Source: Eledone cirrhosa (taxonomy: Eukaryota). Taken from it: a stretch of DNA of 64,000 bases. Below are positions 58,837-64,000 of the stretch, piece after piece. Made by a program: the position numbers and the translations under genes. The stretch's first letter is position 1, and every line of letters begins with the position of its first letter. Location: assembly GCA_964016885.1 (NCBI GenBank), contig OZ024762.1, positions 12,772,001 to 12,836,000 on the forward strand, given 5' to 3'. The notes below the pieces were generated by a model. That model was not told the DNA's origin. It was given only the letters and a program-made list of their open reading frames with translations, and did not search any database.

Positions 58837-59022
58837 GGGGGATTGGCAGTATCGGTAGAGAGTCGGACGCCATGCTTTCTAGCATAGTTACGTCCCTTTA
58901 CAGTCTGAGTTCAAATCCCGCCGAGGTTAACTTTGCCTTTCATCCTTACGGGGTCGATAAAATAAAGTACCAGTAATGCACTGAGTAATTGCTGGCCTTG
59001 TGCCTAAAGTAGAAACAGTTAT
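58837..59022 (+). mobile_element. Full-length tRNA-derived SINE with 10-bp TSD GTTATAATAA
   Basis: A-box-like TGGCAGTATCGG, B-box GAGTTCAAATCC, conserved core. Confidence 0.93.
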
Positions 59023-59100
59023 AATAATTAGTAACTTCCAAATATGCTTGAGATATCGTTATATATGCAGCTTAATGTTATCATCCTGTTAATGTAATCT

Positions 59101-59285
59101 CGGTGAATTGGCAGTAGCGGTAGAGGGTTGGACGCCATGCTTTCTAGCATAGTTACGTCCCTTTACGGTCTGAGTTCAAATCCCGCCGAGGTTAACTTTG
59201 CCTTTCATCCTTACGGGGTCGATAAAATAAAGTACCAGTAATGCACTGGGTAGTTGCTGGCCTTGTGCCTAAAGTAGAAACAGTT
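59101..59285 (+). mobile_element. Full-length tRNA-derived SINE with 43-bp flanking direct repeat
   Basis: 59058-59100 matches 59283-59325 with 1 mismatch. Confidence 0.93.
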
Positions 59286-59904
59286 ATATATGCAGCTTAA
59301 TGTTATCATCCTGTTAATGTTATCTAAAGAAAATCTTTGTCTGTGCCAAGTGATCACAATAAACGACTTCCACAGTCTGTTTCTCTCTGTTATATCTATC
59401 TAATATAATCTATTTTTAGCGTTACCAATATTTAGGAAAAAAAGCCGGGGTTTGAAATAACCTCCCTCTTTTTTTTTGGTGGGGGGGGGGTTGGTTTGTT
59501 TGTTTGTTTACATGGAACCCCACCACCAGATGTCAGGGTTTACCGCCAGAAATCTGGCTGCAGGAGGCGACCGGTGTGAGTGGGTTAAATCAAGCAGCAA
59601 AACCGATGAAAGGAGGAACCGGGCCGGCAGAATGGGGGTGTGACATACAGAGAGCAATGGAACAATATAGATTGAGGGGTGTAGGTAGAGACGGGAAGAG
59701 GGGAGGGACGGGGTGGTGGCGCGGTGGGTGTGTAGTTAGGACGGTAGCTAGGGAGATGTGGGTGGGGTCGGGCAGGTGGCTTTAGTAGACTCTCATTTTG
59801 GGAGTAGAGTATGTTTATGTACGTGTGTATATATTTATATACAATATACAATATATATTTATATACATACATACATACATACATATATATATATACATAC
59901 ATAC

Positions 59905-59957
<53 letters not shown>

Positions 59958-60462
59958 TAGTGTGTGTACAAAATTTGGTTAAATTCACATTATACATTTA
60001 TATTGTCACACACACACACGTTTATGAATATATATATACATTATATATACATACACACACACAATATATATATATATATATATAATCTCTCTCTCCCTCA
60101 CACACATATATGTATATGTATAATCTCCCACAAACACATACATAGATATATGTATACTCACACACACCAGAAAAAGTTCACTATACACACTTGGAGAAAT
60201 ATTTCTTTTTTTCTTTGTAATTTTGATCAACCTCAGCACCAGTCATATATTGGGGGATGATGTCTCGACTAACCCCACCCCCTCATCACCACCACCACCA
60301 CCACCCTGCAAATGTCTGGTGTTGTGTTTATGTTACCATTACTATAACTGCCTGACTCCTATTGTCAGCCTTAAATTGGTGTTGTTCAGTACCTCGCTAT
60401 AAAGTATTGAGTACTTCAGAGTTGAACAAAACAACCCGGATATTTTCTGGTACCAAGGTCGA

Positions 60463-61633
60463 CACCTGGGTATTTAGCACCCTAGACTTGCTCTACAATG
60501 TGTACCTGAGTATTTAGCACCCTAGGGTAGCTCTACAATGTGTATCTGAGTATTTAGTACCCTAGGTAGCTCTACAATGTGTACCTGAGTATTTAGCACC
60601 CTCGGCTAGCTCTACAATGTGTATCTGAGTATTTAGTACCCTAGGGTAGCTCTACAATGTGTACCTGAATATTTAGCATCCTAGGGTAGCTCTACAATGT
60701 GTATCTGAGTATTTAGTAGCCTAGGGTAGCTCTACAATGTGTATCTGAGTATTTAGTACCCTAGACTAGCTCTACACTGTGTACCTGAGTATTTAGCACC
60801 CTAGGCTAGCTCTACAATGTGCACCTGAATATTTAGCACCCTAGGGTAGCTCTACAATGTGTATCTGAGTATTTAGTACCCTAGGGTAGCTCTACAATGT
60901 GTACCTAGGTATTTAGTACCCTAGGCTAGCTCTACAATGTGTACCTGAGTATTTAGTACCCTAGGGTAGCTCTACAATGTGTACCTAGGTATTTAGTACT
61001 CTAGGCTAGCTCTACAATGTGTACCTGGGTATTTAGCCCTCAAGGCTAGTTCTGCATTCTGTTCCTGAAAATTTACCACCCTAGGTTAGCTTTACAATGT
61101 ATTCCAGGGTATTTAATATCATAGACTAGCTCCACAATATGTACTTAGGTGTTTTAGTGCCCTAGGTTAGCTCTGCAATGTGTTTCTGGGTATTTAGTAC
61201 CCTAGGTTAGCTCTACAGTGTGTACCTTGGTAAACAGCATCCTTGGTGAGCTCTACAATCTGTACCTGGGTATTTAGTACCTTAGGTTAGCTCTACAGTG
61301 TGTACCTGGGTATTTAGTACCCTAGATTAGCTCTACAAAGTGTACCTGGGTATTTAGTACCCTAGATTAGCTCTACAACGTGTACCTGGGTATTTAGTAC
61401 CCTAGGTTAGCTCTACAGTGTGTACCTGGGTATTTAGTACCCTAGATTAGCTCTACAGTGTGTACCTGGGTATTTAGTACCCTAGGTTAGCTCTACAGTG
61501 TGTACCTTGGTATTTAGTACCCTAGGTTAGCTCTACAATGTGTACCTGGGTATTTAGTACCCTAGGTTAGCTCTACAATGTGTACCTGGGTATTTAGTAC
61601 CCTAGGTTAGCTCTACAATGTGTACCTGGGTAT
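60463..61633 (+). repeat. 40-bp satellite family, array 3 (~29 units)
   Basis: Same unit as 7880-8212. Confidence 0.97.
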
Positions 61634-61889
61634 CTGGACCGGTACTTTTTTATCGACCTCAAAAGATAAAGTGAGAAAGAGATATAGAGGAAGAATCGAC
61701 CCCAGTACTTCACTGGTACTTTTTTTATCGACCTTGAATATATAAAACTCAAAGTTAACCCCATATACACCGGGTAAATATAATGATCACGTGTCTATAT
61801 AGAATGGTGCTATAGTCTATATATAAATGTGATGTATCTATACATAGTACCCCCACCTCTCATATATATATATACACTATGCAATGATT

Positions 61890-61934
<45 letters not shown>

Positions 61935-61959
61935 AACAGAATAACAAAGCAAACAACAC

Positions 61960-64000
61960 AGTACAGCGATATGTCCGCATGCAATATTAAGATGTCTACA
62001 TCTATAGTATAGCCATGTGTCTATATAGTATAGCGATGTGTCTATATAGTATAGCCATGTGTCTATATATAGTATAGCGATGTGTCTATATAGTATAGCC
62101 ATGTGTCTATATATAGTATAGCGATGTGTCTATATAGTATAGCCATGTGTCTATATATAGTATAGCGATGTGTCTATATTGTATAGCGATGTGTCTATAT
62201 AGAGTATAGCGATGTGTCTATATATGGTATAGAGTTATATTTATACATAGTATAGCAATATATCTTTACATAGTATAGCGATGTGTCTATATATAGTATA
62301 GCAATGCATATATACATAGTACAGAGATGTGTCTATATATAGTGTAGCAATGTATATATACATAGTACCGTGATGTGTCTATATATAGTATAGCAATGTA
62401 TATATACATAGTACAGTGATGTGTCTATACATAGTATCAATGTCACTCTATATAGTACAGTCATGTCTCTATACGTAGTACAGTCATGTCTCTATACGTA
62501 GTACAGTCATGTCTCTATACGTAGTACAGTCATGTCTCTATACGTAGTACAGTCATGTCTCTATACATAGTACAGTCATGTCTCTATACATAGTACAGTA
62601 ATCTGTCCACATATAGCAGCAATATCTCTATACATAGTACAGCGATATTTCTACATATAGTATCTATGTGTCCCCATTAGTACAGTACCCATGTCTATAT
62701 ATATATAGTACAGTGATGTAATCCCATTAGTACAGTACCCATGTCTATATATATATAGTATAGTGATGTAATCCCCATTAGTACAGTACCCATGTCTATA
62801 TATATATAGTATAGTGATGTAATCCCCATTAGTACAGTACCCATGTCTATATATATATAGTATAGTGATGTAATCCCCATTAGTACAGTACCCCTGTCTA
62901 TATATATATAGTAGAGTGATGTAATCCCCATTAGTACAGTACCCATGTCTATATATATATAGTACAGTGATGTAATCCCCATTAGTACAGTACCCATGTC
63001 TATATATATATAGTATAGTGATGTAATCCCCATTAGTACAGTTCCCATGTCTATATATATATAGTATAGTGATGTAATCCCCATTAGTACAGTACCCATG
63101 TCTATATATATATAGTACAGTGATGTAATCCCATTAGTACAGTACCCATGTCTATATATATATATAGTACAGTGATGTAATCCCATTAGTACAGTACCCA
63201 TGTCTATATATATATAGTATAGTGATGTAATCCCATTAGTACAGTACCCATGTCTATATATATATATAGTACAGTGATGTAATCCCCATTAGTACAGTAC
63301 CCATGTCTATATATATATAGTACAGTGATGTAATCCCCATTAGTACAGTACCCATGTCTATATATATATAGTATAGTGATGTAATCCCCATTAGTACAGT
63401 ACCCATGTCTATATATATATAGTACAGTGATGTAATCCCCATTAGTACAGTACCAATGTCTATATATATATAGTACAGTGATGTAATCCCCATTAGTACA
63501 GTACCCCTGTCTATATATATATAGTACAGTGATGTAATCCCCATTAGTACAGTACCCCTGTCTATATATATATAGTAGAGTGATGTAATCCCCATTAGTA
63601 CAGTACCAATGTCTATATATATATAGTAGAGTGATGTAATTCCCATTAGTACAGTACCCATGTCTATATATATATAGTACAGTGATGTAATCCCATTAGT
63701 ACAGTACCCATGTCTATATATATATAGTACAGTGATGTAATCCCCATTAGTACAGTACCCATGTCTATATATATATAGTATAGTGATGTAATCCCATTAG
63801 TACAGTACCCCTGTCTATATATATATAGTACAGTGATGTAATCCCCATTAGTACAGTACCCCTGTCTATATATATATAGTACAGTGATGTAATCCCCATT
63901 AGTACAGTACCCATGTCTATATATATATAATACAGTGATGTAATCCCCATTAGTACAGTACCCATGTCTATATATATATAGTACAGTGATGTAATCCCCA
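61960..64000. repeat. Degenerate 22-24-bp repeats grading into a ~51-bp minisatellite (from ~62670)
   Basis: CCCCATTAGTACAGTACCCATGTCTATATATATATAGTACAGTGATGTAAT. Confidence 0.95.

Noticed and set aside
58837-58925. tRNA gene
   Set aside because: SINE head with A/B boxes but no cloverleaf

Overview
AT-rich, microsatellite-saturated eukaryotic non-coding DNA. The SINE/RTE content suggests an octopod cephalopod; that assignment is inference from remembered repeat sequences. No complete protein-coding gene is supported: almost all listed ORFs are translations of simple repeats, and only one or two candidate minus-strand exons are visible. The unique-looking islands between (TA)n tracts are mostly mobile elements: tRNA-derived SINEs, RTE LINE fragments (two with 5' inversions), a decayed R4/Dong-like LINE, Tc1/pogo and piggyBac-like MITEs, and many minisatellites, several born at element junctions. 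The main hidden signal is a dense set of type I hammerhead ribozyme motifs (about 8 with a recognisable full fold plus several decayed, from at least 6 sequence families) in short islands embedded in (TA)n/(CA)n. There is also a conserved pseudoknot-like RNA motif at the 5' end of an RTE-related element, which may be a non-canonical self-cleaving ribozyme.
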